Below the pieces are notes generated by a model, which saw only the letters and a program-made list of their open reading frames with translations, had not been told where the DNA came from and did not search any database. DNA of 34,167 bases from NCBI GenBank assembly GCA_003990765.1, contig RBNJ01000284.1:1-34167 (forward strand). The letters are read 5' to 3'. Source of the stretch: Jimgerdemannia flammicorona (lineage: Eukaryota). Every line of letters starts with the position of its first letter. Within the stretch, counting starts at the first letter, position 1. The position numbers and the translations under genes are program-made. Below, in pieces: positions 32,109 through 34,167 of this stretch.

Positions 32109-33133
32109 TGTAACATGCCTGACTCAATGGAGGCAAATTACAAGGTTGGGAGTAGATATAGTTTGGCTTGAGCCCCCAGGTACTTTGTTAAAAGCAATAA
32201 AATGTTCTTGGTATTTAGCAGTATTATAGTCAAAGCTGGATATCTGTAAGCGATTCTGGTAATTTCCTTATTGGGACAGGTTCTTGGGTGTAGCGGTGAT
32301 TTTGTGGCAAACAATTTGATATGATGGTCTCTGTGTAGTGTGACGATCTCTAAAAGTATGTGATTTCTGCATATGATCTTGTGTAGCATGAGTGGATTCC
32401 TTATGTGGGGCGATCTGGCAATTTAGCAGTTTCCTTCTTGGGTGATGGGTGATCTCTGTGTAGTGCGATGATCTCTGTGTAGCACAATGAGTTCCTTATG
32501 TGTGACAATCTGGCAATTTGGCAGATAACTCAATTTGGGTGCTGATTTCCTGAAATAGCTCACTGGGAATTATACTGGTTGCAGATTCTTCTGTACTGGG
32601 CTCACTGGGAATAAATGAATAACTGGATTCTTGGCAAGTTATGTCAAAGACTGGCTTTGTTTGTACAAATGAATCACTGCAAAGTTGTATCAAGAGACTG
32701 GCTTGTGGCAAGGTTCCTTAAAGCTCTCTGGAAATGTGGGTAACTAGGATTCTTCAGGCTTATCTGGCAAGTGAACCAAGACTTTGTATCAGAAAGTAGA
32801 CCAGAGTAGAAAGGGGACCAATGCTCAATCTTTAGAGACTTCTTTGGTGTTTGTATTTCAGACTGAGGTTTATTCACTCTTGTCTCTGGGGTATTTTATA
32901 TATTGTGGTTGCTATCTGGTTGCTATGTGGCTAACTATAGATTTGCTACTTATAGTAAGTTGTGCAGATCCAGCACAAGTGTGCAGGTCTGGCACAGGTG
33001 TGCAGGTTCTGTACAGATATATGTCTGGCTATTTATATAGTTTTCCACAGCAATGGTTACTGTGTCTGGTTACTATGCTATATATTCACATCATCTGAGT
33101 TATAATTCAAGTGGTACATTTTAGTATGTTACA
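32109..33133 (-). repeat. 5' LTR of element B
   Basis: Perfect 7-bp inverted termini TGTAACA (32109) / TGTTACA (33133), adjacent to the PBS. Confidence 0.92.
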
Positions 33134-33139
33134 ATATAT

Positions 33140-33635
33140 TGTAATAGTTGATCCAAATTAGGATCACAAATCAGAAAAATTAGACATTTGATTATAGTAT
33201 CTGAACCTAATTCTCAATATAGTATAGTCTTACAAATAGCAGTCATTCCACAACTATTAAAGTTCTTATGAATGTTAAACTCTTCACAGATATTGAAGAT
33301 TTTACAGATATTAAACTTTTGGCAATAATCAAAGTTTTAGCATATGTTAAAAGATTTAATACTTATAAAAAGTGACTCACAGAAAACATAGTCATAACTT
33401 AGCCATCTTATAGCTAGCAAACTTGTATAAATATCTTCAGTATCTAGAGTGAATAAACCTCAGATTGAAATAGTTTAAAGCAAAGAGAAAGCAAAGAAAC
33501 TAGTAAGTCTGTGGGTAGATACACTTCGAACTCACCCACTCTTACATCCTGAGGACTCTATAGAGTCAAAGAAATTAAGTTTCCAAGATACAGAAATCCA
33601 ATATACTTCTATAGTTATGTATCTATAACATTATA
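33140..33635 (+). repeat. Solo LTR of a related Gypsy family, 4-bp TSD ATAT
   Basis: TGTAATA start and CATTATA end. It contains ACTTGTATAAAT...AGAGTGAATAAACCTCAG (33422-33463), homologous to the TATA/polyA block of the A and B LTRs. Removing it restores the Copia integrase frame. Confidence 0.75.
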
Positions 33636-33798
33636 ATATCTTATATATATAACTGTCAATAAAGATAATAAAATACTTCTTTTTAGAATATAAAGATATA
33701 TATATTGACCAATATATATCTATATATATAAGATTCAGAAACTCAGATATAAACTTTAATTATTTCTCAAATAGTTATCAGGAAGCTTTGTTTTCTAT
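33636..33798 (-). mobile_element. Continuation of Copia element G (integrase N-terminal core)
   Basis: Minus translation LNLIYIDIYWSI...KKYFIIFIDSYIYKI is a decayed LxLVHTDVCGP...KYFIxFIDDYTRKT. It joins in frame to 23400. Confidence 0.8.
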
Positions 33799-34167
33799 TG
33801 TGATGTATGCAATTGACAACGGAGTACCAGTGACTGCTAAGATCAGACAACATAATGGCATGACAATCAAATAGACAGTCTGACCCATTAGGTGATCATC
33901 CCAAAAGAAGACAAGATGATCCGAGCCAAAATGAAGACCACGTTATTTAAGGAACCATACTCCGCCTCAGGGACCAGCACCAAAGAACCAAGTACCTACT
34001 ACACAATGCCTCCCATTTGCCAATCCAACCAGACCTCCTGCTGCTCTACCCCTTTGCCTGGCCCAAAGACCCTGATCTTTGAAGCTATCAAGAAGGCCAT
34101 CTGGCACCCAGATACTTCCGAACACTTGAACTTCTACACTGAGGACCTTGGACACTTCATCAACTAC
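33799..34167 (+). mobile_element. Start of another LTR (element H), truncated by the window edge
   Basis: Abrupt composition change at CTAT|TGTGATG interrupting Copia G. It contains a homolog of the LTR-C ORF at a similar distance from the LTR start. Confidence 0.65.
34006..34167 (+). CDS. Accessory LTR ORF homolog, 5' part (open to the window edge)
   Basis: MPPICQSNQTSCCSTPLPGPKTLIFEAIKKAIWHPDTSEHLNFYTEDLGHFINY aligns with RMFQDIRRAMRTCSRRAPSVNLDTADPYHFILY of 20501+. TATTTAA lies upstream at 33944. Confidence 0.7.
   Translation, partial: MPPICQSNQTSCCSTPLPGPKTLIFEAIKKAIWHPDTSEHLNFYTEDLGHFINY

Larger units (their letters stand above)
23401..33133 (-). mobile_element. Full-length Ty3/Gypsy LTR retrotransposon, family 1, element B (~9.7 kb, decayed), 4-bp TSD ATAT
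   Basis: Two homologous LTRs, PBS (32089-32106), decayed PPT with hairpin (24549-24590) and gag-PR-dUTPase-RT-RH-IN. It is flanked on both sides by ATAT and by contiguous Copia integrase sequence. Confidence 0.95.

Noticed and set aside
33967..34155. Track ORF of 62 aa on the minus strand
   Set aside because: It is antisense to the + strand ORF from 34006, which has a homolog at 20501.

Overview
This window is a eukaryotic (probably fungal) nest of retrotransposons with no recognisable host gene. It holds two divergent families of Ty3/Gypsy LTR elements that both encode a dUTPase between protease and RT. Family 1 is element A (1-5918, minus, cut by the window edge), full-length element B (23401-33133, minus) and decayed fragment E. 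Family 2 is element C (14530-21816, plus). Also present are a third Gypsy 3' remnant (D), a solo LTR, a further LTR running off the right edge (H), a head-to-tail pair of APE-type LINE copies, and two heavily decayed Ty1/Copia remnants, one of which hosts four Gypsy insertions. All copies carry C->T/G->A decay at CpG and CpA/TpG (RIP-like) of graded severity. The most notable signal is an accessory ORF family I do not recognise, shared by three divergent elements. It lies between integrase and the PPT in B, but inside the LTR U3, behind its own TATA box, in C and H. Other unusual points are a Zn2Cys6-like cluster in Pol, an integrase apparently on its own ORF, and a 4-bp (A/C)TAT target preference. 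All translations and alignments were done by eye and no database search was run.
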